Part shown: positions 31,060 through 40,962 of the stretch, piece after piece
How the letters are laid out: each line of letters begins with the position of its first letter
Position numbering within the stretch: position 1 is the first letter of the stretch
Assembly (NCBI GenBank): GCA_965219345.1
Contig: OZ244732.1
Coordinates: 544,001 to 608,000, forward strand
Direction of reading: 5' to 3'
Length of the DNA stretch: 64,000 nt
From: Nitrosopumilus sp.
GTDB taxonomy: Archaea; Thermoproteota; Nitrososphaeria; Nitrososphaerales; Nitrosopumilaceae
Translations under genes and position numbers: made by a program
Notes under the pieces: generated by a model
What the model was told of the DNA's origin: nothing
Database searches by the model: none
Seen by the model: only the letters and a program-made list of their open reading frames with translations

Positions 31060-31543
31060 ACACCTTTGTTTCCTATCAATAATATCATAACCATATCTAA
31101 ATTAAGAGAGTATAGGACATAATAGTAACTCTAGCTTAGTTTGTCATTAATTATTTTTAGTTAGTTTTTGATTTTTCAAAAAAAAAAAATAAAAAAAGAT
31201 AGACTGGAAAGATTGGTGTGTGGGTTGGACTTGGGGTTGTCCTTGAGTTAACATAGTGTTAATTACCTGTTAAGAAATTAACCAAAAAACCCATTTTGAC
31301 CCTATTATTACCATTCCAGGCGTTAAGATAGATGTTAACATTGTGAATATGTTAGAATAGACCCCCTTATTTCCACTCTAGGCATAAAAACTACATAATT
31401 AAGGGGTGGTTGTTTAAGGTATGTTGTTAATAACACAAATTTATCTAGGCGTGGCTTAGGCAGTCAATGTTAACAAACCACCTAGTTAACAAATATTCTT
31501 GGATCATTTGAACTGTTAACACCTGATCCTGTAGATCTTAAAG
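31060..31543. other. Probable chromosomal replication origin (oriC)
   Basis: Upstream of cdc6; ORB-like TAGAGTGGAAATAAGGGGGT (- strand, 31361-31380) and weaker TAGACTGGAAAGATTGG (+, from 31200); A/T-run tract ~31150-31198. Confidence 0.8.
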
Positions 31544-31930
31544 ATGGCTAAAAAACGTATTCGAATAGATATGGAGGACACTAATGGTGCACGCTATGAC
31601 ATCAAAATAGAGGGCAACGTCACCAGGGACAAAGTTCTCAAAATATTTGAAATGATGGACTTGATGAATATTGAGGAAGAACAAGAAGCGACCAATATGG
31701 ATTCGGTAGGCTTAAAAATATGGCATATTGTGGACAAGTTCTTCCCTATGGGTAAATTCACCTCCACAAATATTCTTGAAAAATATGAAGACGAATTCAA
31801 CGAACCGGTAAAACTCAGTGTAATATCCACCTACCTGTCACGATTTTCTTCAAAAGGTAGAATTGGTAGAGTTAGAACAGGCCGTGAATGGACCTATCAA
31901 ACCATCAAGATTAGTCAAAAACAACAATAA
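31544..31930 (+). CDS. Origin-adjacent protein with C-terminal winged-helix
   Basis: FTSTNILEKY...LSVISTYLSRF..KGRI.R...GREWTY. Confidence 0.75.
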   Translation: MAKKRIRIDMEDTNGARYDIKIEGNVTRDKVLKIFEMMDLMNIEEEQEATNMDSVGLKIWHIVDKFFPMGKFTSTNILEKYEDEFNEPVKLSVISTYLSRFSSKGRIGRVRTGREWTYQTIKISQKQQ

Positions 31931-31934
31931 CTAG

Positions 31935-32096
31935 TCAAGAAATGGTGATTTTTCTTATAATTAACCGGTCATTTCCAAGAATTAACTTAACATACTCGCC
32001 TTTTTGGATATCCATGTATTTTCTAAACTGTTTAGGGATGGAAATTGTTCCGGCTGAAGTGATTTTCACCAAGACCTCATTCTCTTGAACAGACAT
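31935..32096 (-). CDS. AbrB/MazE/SpoVT family DNA-binding protein
   Basis: MSVQENEVLVKITSAGTISIPKQFRKYMDIQKGEYV; ATG at 32096 preferred over ORF-track start. Confidence 0.85.
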   Translation of the reverse strand: MSVQENEVLVKITSAGTISIPKQFRKYMDIQKGEYVKLILGNDRLIIRKITIS

Positions 32097-32211
32097 ATAA
32101 TTTCTATAATTTAATAATATATATAATTTATAATTAATAAGAAATTGAGTTGTTTGGCTAAATGTTTGGATGGAAGAACAAAAATTAATTCCAAAAACTA
32201 AAAAATTATTT

Positions 32212-32796
32212 TTATGCAATTATTGGGCTAGTTTGAATATCATCAACCTTTGTTTTTCCTTTCTTTGTAATTGAATAAGTATATGGTTTTGTTTCAGTAT
32301 TTCTTTCGACATATCCATCTTCAAACAATTTTTTCATTAACCGTGATGTATGCTCTCTACTTTTCTTTAATGTGATTTGAATGTCACGTGATGTCATAGC
32401 TTTGTTTGTGATTAGATGCAACACATGGTTTGTTGGGTTTGTATTATCTACGCCTAATTTTTTAGGGATAACTTGAGAGTGATTAACATCTTCCACTCGA
32501 ATCTCAGGTGCTTCATTCTTTACCAATTTCTCTAGGAATTGTTTTAATTCTAAATTAGGATCATCTGATTTTTGTTCAATTCCTTGTATTTCTAAGGCAT
32601 CTAGGCGTATTTTCATGTCAATTAACTGTCTTTCATAATACTCTAAACGTTCAGTTTGTGATACATCAACCATCTCACTCTTAGATTTTATGAATGGACG
32701 TATTTTGTAGTATCCATACAACCCACCTAAGCCTACTATGAATGCTATAATCACACCTAAAATCACTTCAGGATCAGGGATTTCTACCAACATCAC
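32212..32796 (-). CDS. Membrane-anchored coiled-coil winged-helix protein
   Basis: N-terminal TM, coiled coil, MTSRDIQ..LKKSREHTSRLMKKLFEDGYVER...PYTYSITKKG. Confidence 0.8.
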   Translation of the reverse strand: MMLVEIPDPEVILGVIIAFIVGLGGLYGYYKIRPFIKSKSEMVDVSQTERLEYYERQLIDMKIRLDALEIQGIEQKSDDPNLELKQFLEKLVKNEAPEIRVEDVNHSQVIPKKLGVDNTNPTNHVLHLITNKAMTSRDIQITLKKSREHTSRLMKKLFEDGYVERNTETKPYTYSITKKGKTKVDDIQTSPIIA

Positions 32797-32920
32797 AGAT
32801 TTTCTACCTATGTTGTGATTTATCGTGATTGAGCAACATTATTTCACATTTTAGATTAACATACTCACACACATTATCACAAACAACTCTACTTGGTTTT
32901 GATCATTATCATCATAAACA

Positions 32921-33283
32921 TCACATGTTGCATGCCTGTCGAATGTATGTCTCTATCACACTAATGACCTGTTCTTCTCTTTCTGGAAAGACTTCAGCCT
33001 CATTTATCACACTTATCTGCTCTGAAAGTTTGGATATCACATCAATATCATTAGGTAGCAAAATACCAAGGCCCCGCAAAAGTATGATAGAATAGAATAA
33101 AGCGATTAATTTCTCTCTTGACTGCCCAACTTGTCTGTAATACGCACCTTTTGTTATAGAAAACCTTGACTCTTGAATATTCTTCTGATTTAAAATTATT
33201 TCAATTTGTCGCTCTGTAAATAGTGATTTTTTGATAATTTGACGGATAATATTGTTAAAATTAGACTCTTGAAACTCTGCCAT
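32921..33283 (-). CDS. Hypothetical protein with HTH-like motif
   Basis: FTERQIEII...ITKGAYYR resembles sigma/Tfx-type HTH. Confidence 0.7.
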   Translation of the reverse strand: MAEFQESNFNNIIRQIIKKSLFTERQIEIILNQKNIQESRFSITKGAYYRQVGQSREKLIALFYSIILLRGLGILLPNDIDVISKLSEQISVINEAEVFPEREEQVISVIETYIRQACNM

Positions 33284-33351
33284 AGCTATACAAATCTGTA
33301 TACCAACATTCCAATTAAACTTTAAAGAGGAGTCATCTACAACCCCCCACT

Positions 33352-34104
33352 ATGACTGGAAATAAAGTTGAATCATTCCTAAAAACTGAATTAAAGAAAA
33401 AAAACGCATTATTGTTCGTGTTAATCGATTCTGAAGTATCGCATTTGAAGGCACCAAGCAAACTTGCCAAAGATGTTGAAAAAATCGGTGCCTCTGCAAT
33501 CTTAGTTGGAGGCTCCTCTGCCACTGATCAGATTGAGATGGCTCAAGTGGTTAAAGGCATCAAAAAAGGCATCAAAATCCCTATAATCTTGTTTCCTGGT
33601 AACGTAACTGGCGTTGTACCTGACGCTGATGCAATCCTCTTTAGCTCACTAATGAACTCAGAAAACCCATATTTTATCACACAGGCACAAGCATTAGGGG
33701 CACCAAGTGTTCTTAAATTTGGTTTGGAGCCACTTCCAACGGCTTATTTGGTGATAGGAGAGGGGACTTCTGCTTGGTTTGTCGGTTCAGCACGAGGAAT
33801 TCCATTTGAAAAACCAAAAATTGCTGCTGCATATGCCCTTGCTGCTCAATTTCTTGGTATGAGATTTGTATATTTAGAAGCAGGCTCTGGTGCAAAAACC
33901 AGTGTTACTCCAGAGATGGTTCAGACAGTAAGGCGTACTTTTAATGGGTTTTTGATAGTAGGTGGAGGAATAAAAGACGTGAAAACTGCTCAAGGTTTGG
34001 TCAAAGCAGGAGCTGATGCTTTGGTTATAGGAACATTCCTTGAAAAAGGAGGAAGCATCAAAAAACTCCAAGAAATAGCAAAAGCAATTCAAAGAAGCAA
34101 GTAA
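33352..34104 (+). CDS. Geranylgeranylglyceryl phosphate synthase
   Basis: ILVGGS, LFPG, YLEAGSGA, VGGGI, IGT. Confidence 0.93.
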   Translation: MTGNKVESFLKTELKKKNALLFVLIDSEVSHLKAPSKLAKDVEKIGASAILVGGSSATDQIEMAQVVKGIKKGIKIPIILFPGNVTGVVPDADAILFSSLMNSENPYFITQAQALGAPSVLKFGLEPLPTAYLVIGEGTSAWFVGSARGIPFEKPKIAAAYALAAQFLGMRFVYLEAGSGAKTSVTPEMVQTVRRTFNGFLIVGGGIKDVKTAQGLVKAGADALVIGTFLEKGGSIKKLQEIAKAIQRSK

Positions 34105-34116
34105 TACAATTGTATT

Positions 34117-37100
34117 ATGTCTGATAATAATGCAATTTCTCGTATTAGCGGTATCAAGATGCCAGATTATTATTTTGATTACTTTTCAAACCTATCAACT
34201 GAAACTTTTTCCATATTTGAGAAAGCAGCAGATGCAAAATCAAGCTTGGTAGACTCATCAGGCATAATCGAGCCTAAAATCGCGTTTGATCTGGCAGATA
34301 GAGTTGCCAAAATGCACGAAATTGACATTGCCGAACCTCTTAGGGAACTACTAAAATCAAACGGAAAGGAGCTTTCCGCATTAATTCTATCAAAACAAAT
34401 TGCCCTAGGTAAATACACTCTTTCCAATTTCACCTTAGAAGACAAACTAGATCTTGCAGTCCGTGTAGGATTGGCCATTGTAACTGAAGGAGTTACCATC
34501 GCACCTTTACAGGGAATTAATGAAGTAAAGATAAAGAAAAACAAAGATGGTACTGAATATCTTTCAGTCTCAATCGCAGGGCCCATGCGTTCAGCAGGAG
34601 GAACAGAATCTGCAGTAACAATGTTAATTGCAGACCATGTTAGAAAAGCAGCTGGGCTGTCAAAATACCAGGCTAATTCCTTTGATGATGAAACAGGCAG
34701 ATTTGTTGAGGAATTGCGAATCTATGAAAGGGAGGCCAGCAGCTTTCAATTCCATATCTTAGATGAAGATATTGAATATGTCATTTCTAATCTCCCAGTA
34801 GAACTAGATGGAGTAGATACTGATCCATTTGAGGTTGTAAATCACAAATCGATGGTTCGCATCAAAACTGATAGGGTCCGAGGAGGCGCTTTGCGTGTCT
34901 TAAATGACGGATTGATTGGAAGATCTAAAAAACTTCTCAAAAGAATTGAATTGTATAATTTAGATGGCTGGGAATGGCTCAATGATCTTAAAGGTGCGGT
35001 TCAAACGGGTGAAAATCAGGAAGATGCTGCTGCCAAAAGAATGCGTGAGGTAATTACGGGTAGATCAGTCCTATCCATGCCTAACAAGTTAGGTGGATTT
35101 CGATTAAGATATGGAAGGGCATGTAATACAGGCTTTGCGGCAGTTGGGATTCATCCCATACTTGGTGAAATTTTGGATCATACCATAGTTGTTGGAACTC
35201 AGATCAAAATTGATATTCCAGGAAAAGGGGCAACTATTGCTTTTGTTGATTCTATTGATACTCCGACAGTTCGTCTAAAAAACGGTAATGTTGTAAAGAT
35301 TAGAGATGTTAAACATGGATTAGAAATTAAAAACGAAATTGAAAAAATCCTACATCTAGGGGATATCCTAATTTCGTTTGGAGACTTTCTTGAAAATAAT
35401 GCTCAACTAATTCCTTCAGGATATGTTGAGGAATTCTGGATAGAGGAATTAAAACAAAAAATCCAAAAATATGAGCCTGATGACCAATATCTAAAGCAAT
35501 TTCTGACTAAAAATCCCACAATAGATGAGGCGTTGAAAATTTCTCTTGATTTTCAGATTCCACTCCATCCACATTATCTGTATTTTTGGGATAAAATTTC
35601 ATCAGAAGAACTTGTCCAACTTTTAGAACCAAAAAAAATCAATGAAACCTCAATAGAATACTCAACTCAAATCAAAAAAATCCTTGAAAAATTGGGGATC
35701 CCTCATATACTCAAAAATGAAACTATTGTGTTAGAAAATCTAGAGGCAAAAATTTTCTTCAATTTATTATTTAGAGAAAAACCAATAATTAATGAATTAT
35801 CAGTTCCACAAATTCTAACAAAATCATCAGGAATTCAAATTAAGAACAAATTCTCAACCTCTATTGGAGTTCGAATTGGAAGACCCGAAAAAGCAGCTGC
35901 TAGAGTAATGAAACCTCCAACACATGTATTATTCCCAATTAGCGACAAAGGAGGACCTACCAGAGATCTTCTAAAGGCATCAAGAAATGAGCACTTCTTT
36001 ACTAACATATTCAACAGGCATTGTAACCAGTGTGATGAACCTTCTATAGGCATAAAGTGCTCTAAATGTGGTATTAAGACGACAATTTCCTATAGGTGTC
36101 CTAACTGTAGAGATATCCTCAATGAACCATTCTGTGAAAAATGTAAACGGAAAGCATCAACTCACTTCCACAAAGAATTTCCATTAAAAGCGAGACTATT
36201 ATCAGCTCAAGAAAAGATGGGGTTGCGTGTCAAAGAACCCTTCAAAGGCGTAAAAGAATTAATTAATCAAGATAGAATTGCCGAACCCCTGGAAAAGGGA
36301 CTTGTACGTCAAAACTTTGGACTTACAGTCTTCAAAGATGGGACTGTCAGATTTGATGCAACAAATTCTCCCTTAACTCAATTCAAACCATCATGGATTG
36401 GGACATCAATAGAGAAGCTAAAGGATCTTGGGTATTCTCACGATATAGAGGGAAAACCTCTTGAAAACTCAGATCAAACTATTGAACTTCGCATGCAAGA
36501 TGTGATTATTCCTTATGATAGCGGAAACTATCTAGTTTCCACCTGTAAATACATTGATACTCTTTTAGTGAAGTTTTATGGGAAATCCCCATTTTATAAT
36601 GTGAAGAATTCTGATGAGTTAATTGGTCATCTAATAATTGGTTTGGCCCCACATACCTCTGTCGGCATTGTAGGACGAATTATTGGGTATACTGAAACTC
36701 ATGTTTGTTTTGGAACTCCAAATTGGCACTCTGCAAAAAGAAGAGATGCTGATGGTGATGCTGATTCTATCATGCTTCTAATGGACAGTCTACTGAATTT
36801 CTCGAGACAATTTCTTTCTGATCGAATAGGTGGATTAATGGATGCCCCATTACTTGTTCAGCCCCTTGTTTTACCACATGAATCTCAACCACAAGCACAT
36901 AATCTTGAGGTCACAAAGTCACTTCCTTTAGAATTCTTCGAGTCCACACTTCAACAAATCAAAGCATCGGATGTAACATCTGTAGAAATTATTAAATCAC
37001 GCCTTGAAACTGAAAGACAATTTTATGATTATTTCTTTACACATACAACTTCATCCCTGACCACTTCAAAATCACGTAGTGCCTACTCTACACTTGGTTC

Positions 37101-37494
37101 AATGCTTGACAAATTTGACATGCAAATTAGGAATGCTGAATTAATTGATGTTGTAAACCCTTCAGAAATTGTTTCCAATGTCATTTCAACACACCTTGTT
37201 CCAGATATAATGGGAAATCTTAGGGCATACGCTAGACAAAACTTTAGGTGTACTGGCTGTGGAAAATCATTCCGCCGAATGCCTCTAATCCAAACATGTG
37301 TCTGTGGTCATAAACTGATTCCCACAATTACCAGAGGCTCTGTAGAAAAATATCTAAAACTTGCAAAAAGACTTGTTGACAAATATGATGTTGGCGAATA
37401 TCAGAGAGGAAGAATTTATGCTCTATCAGATGAAATTGAATTGGTATTTGGGAAGAGCAAAGGAGATCAATCTCTTCTTTCTGATTATGCTTAG
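34117..37494 (+). CDS. polC: DNA polymerase D large subunit DP2
   Basis: GPMRSAGGT, GGFRLRYGR, KDGTVRFD, KRRDADGDAD, Zn fingers. Confidence 0.97.
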   Translation: MSDNNAISRISGIKMPDYYFDYFSNLSTETFSIFEKAADAKSSLVDSSGIIEPKIAFDLADRVAKMHEIDIAEPLRELLKSNGKELSALILSKQIALGKYTLSNFTLEDKLDLAVRVGLAIVTEGVTIAPLQGINEVKIKKNKDGTEYLSVSIAGPMRSAGGTESAVTMLIADHVRKAAGLSKYQANSFDDETGRFVEELRIYEREASSFQFHILDEDIEYVISNLPVELDGVDTDPFEVVNHKSMVRIKTDRVRGGALRVLNDGLIGRSKKLLKRIELYNLDGWEWLNDLKGAVQTGENQEDAAAKRMREVITGRSVLSMPNKLGGFRLRYGRACNTGFAAVGIHPILGEILDHTIVVGTQIKIDIPGKGATIAFVDSIDTPTVRLKNGNVVKIRDVKHGLEIKNEIEKILHLGDILISFGDFLENNAQLIPSGYVEEFWIEELKQKIQKYEPDDQYLKQFLTKNPTIDEALKISLDFQIPLHPHYLYFWDKISSEELVQLLEPKKINETSIEYSTQIKKILEKLGIPHILKNETIVLENLEAKIFFNLLFREKPIINELSVPQILTKSSGIQIKNKFSTSIGVRIGRPEKAAARVMKPPTHVLFPISDKGGPTRDLLKASRNEHFFTNIFNRHCNQCDEPSIGIKCSKCGIKTTISYRCPNCRDILNEPFCEKCKRKASTHFHKEFPLKARLLSAQEKMGLRVKEPFKGVKELINQDRIAEPLEKGLVRQNFGLTVFKDGTVRFDATNSPLTQFKPSWIGTSIEKLKDLGYSHDIEGKPLENSDQTIELRMQDVIIPYDSGNYLVSTCKYIDTLLVKFYGKSPFYNVKNSDELIGHLIIGLAPHTSVGIVGRIIGYTETHVCFGTPNWHSAKRRDADGDADSIMLLMDSLLNFSRQFLSDRIGGLMDAPLLVQPLVLPHESQPQAHNLEVTKSLPLEFFESTLQQIKASDVTSVEIIKSRLETERQFYDYFFTHTTSSLTTSKSRSAYSTLGSMLDKFDMQIRNAELIDVVNPSEIVSNVISTHLVPDIMGNLRAYARQNFRCTGCGKSFRRMPLIQTCVCGHKLIPTITRGSVEKYLKLAKRLVDKYDVGEYQRGRIYALSDEIELVFGKSKGDQSLLSDYA

Positions 37495-37496
37495 AA

Positions 37497-38828
37497 TTAT
37501 CTCAATTTGATGTATTCGTAGGCGCCCAACTTACCATCAAAACAGAATTTGACTTTTTGATAGTTTTTTCTGAAAGCCTTAACTTTTACAAGTATTTTCT
37601 TTGGATCCTTTTTCTCAATAACTACTTGTTTAATGATAGATGCAATTTCCTGCATCTCATTCTTTTTCATTCCAAGTCGTGTGATTTCAGAAACTCCTAA
37701 TCTAATTCCACTCGGATGGAAATAATTTCTTCCTGCCTTAATATCCCCTGGAATGAGCTGTCTGTTTACTATAATGTTAGCTTTTTCTAAATCTGCTTCT
37801 ACTTTTCCACCATCAGAATAATCTAAAACATTAACTGCAATCTGGTGTGATTCTGTAAATCCTCTTTTCTCTCCTAATACCTTGAATCCCATATCACTCA
37901 AAGCCTCTGCAAATGACTTTGCATTTTTTATGACCTGAGTTGCATAGTCTTTTCCGAACTCTAACGCTTCTGCAAAAGCGACTGCTTTTCCAGCCATGTG
38001 ATGAATGTGATGGCTGCTTGTAAGACCAGGAAAGGTTGCTTTTTTGATAATCTCTTCATGTTCTTCGGAACCTAAAACAAGTCCACCTTGAGGCCCAAAC
38101 AAAGTCTTATGAGTACTCATAGTCATTGTGTGTGCACCCTCACATAGAGGATCTTGGAATTTCCCACCAGCAATTAATCCAGCAACATGAGCTGCATCAT
38201 AATTAATGTGCATATCATAACTCTTAAGAAAATCTGATAATTCTTTGACAGGATGTGGAAACAAGAATAATGAGCCGCCAAACATTGCCATCTTTGGAAG
38301 ACGATCGGCTTTTTTTAGAACCTTAATTTTCTGTTTTGTCTTATCAACATCAATTGTCATTTCTTCAGCATCAAATGGATAGAACTCTATCTCTAATCCA
38401 TGAACTAGACCAGCAGTTCCAGAATGCTCCTTCTTACCGTGGGAAATATGCCCCCCTGCAGAAATAGAAGGTGCTAACATTACATCACCTGGATTAGTAA
38501 AAGCAGAGTATACTACAAGGTTTGCAACAACTCCTGAAATTGGTCTTACATCAGCAAATTTTGCTTTGTATAATTTTTTTGCCAATTTCATACATTCAAA
38601 CTCTACATCATCAATGTAGACACAACCAGCATACACCCTTTCCCCGGGCCATCCTTCGGCATACCTATTTCCAAAATCTGAAATTATAGCTTCTCGAACA
38701 GCAGGGCTTGGGATATTTTCACTTGCTATTAATGGAATTGAATTTTCAAACCACTTATGATGTTCCTTTAATTTTGTGAAAATTTTATTGTAGGCTGCTT
38801 TATTTTGTGACTTGGCCATATCATGCAA
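37497..38828 (-). CDS. glyA: Serine hydroxymethyltransferase
   Basis: LIASEN, RYAEG, DAAH, STHKTLFGPQGG. Confidence 0.96.
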   Translation of the reverse strand: MHDMAKSQNKAAYNKIFTKLKEHHKWFENSIPLIASENIPSPAVREAIISDFGNRYAEGWPGERVYAGCVYIDDVEFECMKLAKKLYKAKFADVRPISGVVANLVVYSAFTNPGDVMLAPSISAGGHISHGKKEHSGTAGLVHGLEIEFYPFDAEEMTIDVDKTKQKIKVLKKADRLPKMAMFGGSLFLFPHPVKELSDFLKSYDMHINYDAAHVAGLIAGGKFQDPLCEGAHTMTMSTHKTLFGPQGGLVLGSEEHEEIIKKATFPGLTSSHHIHHMAGKAVAFAEALEFGKDYATQVIKNAKSFAEALSDMGFKVLGEKRGFTESHQIAVNVLDYSDGGKVEADLEKANIIVNRQLIPGDIKAGRNYFHPSGIRLGVSEITRLGMKKNEMQEIASIIKQVVIEKKDPKKILVKVKAFRKNYQKVKFCFDGKLGAYEYIKLR

Positions 38829-38920
38829 CTTGATTTTCCCAATTTAAAAACACCGATACTGCATCAAATTTCCACTATGATCTGCAAGATATAAAAGGGG
38901 AATCCAGAGTTTTTGCATCT

Positions 38921-40627
38921 ATGGGTATGCAAGCTACTTCAAAGGGAAACATGCCAGTTGTATTGCTAAAGGAAGGCGGTACAGAAACCAAAGGCAGAGA
39001 TGCACAAAAGAATAACATCGCTGCATGCAAAATTATTGCTGAAATTGTCCAAACCAGCCTAGGTCCACGAGGCATGGATAAAATGCTAGTTGACTCATTA
39101 GGAGATGTTACTATTACAAATGATGGCGCAACCATCCTAAAAGAAATTGATGTTCAACATCCAGCTGCAAAAATGCTGGTTGAAATTTCTAAAACTACAG
39201 ATAATGAAGTTGGAGACGGTACAACCTCTGCCGTTGTTTTGGCAGGCGCTTTACTTGAAAACTCTGAATTATTAATTGATCAAGATGTTCATCCAACAAT
39301 AATTGTTGATGGTTTTAGAAAAGCTGGAAAAAAGGCAAAACAGTTTCTTGAAAGTATTGCTGATCAAGTACCCGCAAACGATAAAACTATCCTAACTAAA
39401 ATTGCAAAAACCTCAATGCAAACTAAACTTGTTAGAAAGGATTCTGATCAACTTGCAGAAATTGTAGTAAAGTCTGTTCTTGCTGTTTCAGAAAAAGAAG
39501 GCGAAACTTACAATGTTGATATTGATGATATTAAGGTAGAAAAGAAGGCTGGAGGCTCTATCAAAGATTCGGAAATTATACAGGGTATTGTTCTTGATAA
39601 AGAGATTGTACATGGAGGTATGCCTGGGAAAATTACCGAAGCTAAAATCGCATTAATCAATACCGCATTAGAAATTTCCAAAACTGAAACTGATGCAAAA
39701 ATTAACATTTCAAATCCTCAACAACTCAAATCATTTCTAGATGAAGAAAATAGAATGCTGAAGACTATGGTTGATAAAGTCATTGGCTCTGGTGCAAATG
39801 TTGTTTTTTGTCAAAAAGGAATTGATGATATGGCACAACATTATCTAGCAAAAGCTGGAATTATTGCAGTTAGAAGAATTAAAGAAAGCGATCTCACAAA
39901 ACTTGCTAAAGCAACAGCTGCTAGAATTGTTACAAATCTTGATGATCTTTTTGAAAAAGATCTAGGTAGTGCAAACATTGTTGAAGAAAGAAAAATTGAA
40001 GAAGACAAATGGGTATTTGTAGAAGGCTGCAAACATCCAAAATCAGTTACCCTACTTCTTCGTGGAGGCTCACAGAGAGTGGTTGACGAAGTTGAACGCT
40101 CTGTTCATGATGCATTGATGGTTGTAAAAGATGTAATGGAAACCCCCTCAATTGTTGCAGGCGGTGGTGCTCCTGAAACATTTGCTGCAACAAAAATAAG
40201 AAGTTGGGCAAAATCTTTAGAAGGAAGAGAACAATTAGCTGCAGAAAAATTTGCTGATGCTTTAGAATCAATTCCATTAACACTTGCTGAAAATGCTGGA
40301 ATGGATCCAATTGACACACTTACACTCCTTCGCTCAAAACAACAGAAAGGAGAGAAATGGACTGGAATTGATGTAATGAAAGGAAAGATTGCTAATATGA
40401 AATCGAGTGATATTATTGAACCACTTGCAGTTAAACTTCAAGTTGTATCTGCAGCTGCTGAAGCTGCATGTATGATTCTTAGAATTGATGACGTTATTGC
40501 TACACAAAAATCTCCTGGTGGACCGCCTGGCGGAGGAGAAGGAGGCATGCCACCTGGAATGCCACCTGGAATGGGTGGAGGCATGCCTGGAATGGGTGGA
40601 ATGCCTGACATGGGCGGAATGATGTAA
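38921..40627 (+). CDS. ths: Thermosome (group II chaperonin) subunit
   Basis: [26 protein letters not shown]-repeat tail. Confidence 0.97.
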   Translation: MGMQATSKGNMPVVLLKEGGTETKGRDAQKNNIAACKIIAEIVQTSLGPRGMDKMLVDSLGDVTITNDGATILKEIDVQHPAAKMLVEISKTTDNEVGDGTTSAVVLAGALLENSELLIDQDVHPTIIVDGFRKAGKKAKQFLESIADQVPANDKTILTKIAKTSMQTKLVRKDSDQLAEIVVKSVLAVSEKEGETYNVDIDDIKVEKKAGGSIKDSEIIQGIVLDKEIVHGGMPGKITEAKIALINTALEISKTETDAKINISNPQQLKSFLDEENRMLKTMVDKVIGSGANVVFCQKGIDDMAQHYLAKAGIIAVRRIKESDLTKLAKATAARIVTNLDDLFEKDLGSANIVEERKIEEDKWVFVEGCKHPKSVTLLLRGGSQRVVDEVERSVHDALMVVKDVMETPSIVAGGGAPETFAATKIRSWAKSLEGREQLAAEKFADALESIPLTLAENAGMDPIDTLTLLRSKQQKGEKWTGIDVMKGKIANMKSSDIIEPLAVKLQVVSAAAEAACMILRIDDVIATQKSPGGPPGGGEGGMPPGMPPGMGGGMPGMGGMPDMGGMM

Positions 40628-40683
40628 ATCATTTTGAAGAAATTTTTCAAAAGTTTATTTTATAATTATATTTACGAACAACA

Positions 40684-40962
40684 TTGAATAAAACATCATC
40701 AAAAGTTCTTACTGTTTCAAAATACATTTACCTAGTTGCATTTTTTGCATTACTTGCTGGATTATTTCATCCATTAATTACTGGTGCAAGCTTTGATAGT
40801 GTAATAACTGGGGTTTTGATATTATTTGTGGGTCTTGCTGGTGGGGCTTTACTGTACAGGGCTACTACATCTAAGAATAAACGAGAAATATTCTTGGGGG
40901 CAGGGTTTGTTCTGATGATAATTTCATTATACTATATCTTTCAGCTTACAGGAAGAGCCTAA
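40684..40962 (+). CDS. Three-TM hypothetical protein
   Basis: Hydrophobic ORF. Confidence 0.7.
   Translation: MNKTSSKVLTVSKYIYLVAFFALLAGLFHPLITGASFDSVITGVLILFVGLAGGALLYRATTSKNKREIFLGAGFVLMIISLYYIFQLTGRA

Noticed and set aside
34117-37494. Intein in PolD DP2 (or in Cdc6)
   Set aside because: Lengths are ordinary and no intein terminal or LAGLIDADG motifs were seen.
40530-40625. GC-rich repetitive tract
   Set aside because: Encodes the usual Gly-Gly-Met/Pro tail of the chaperonin.
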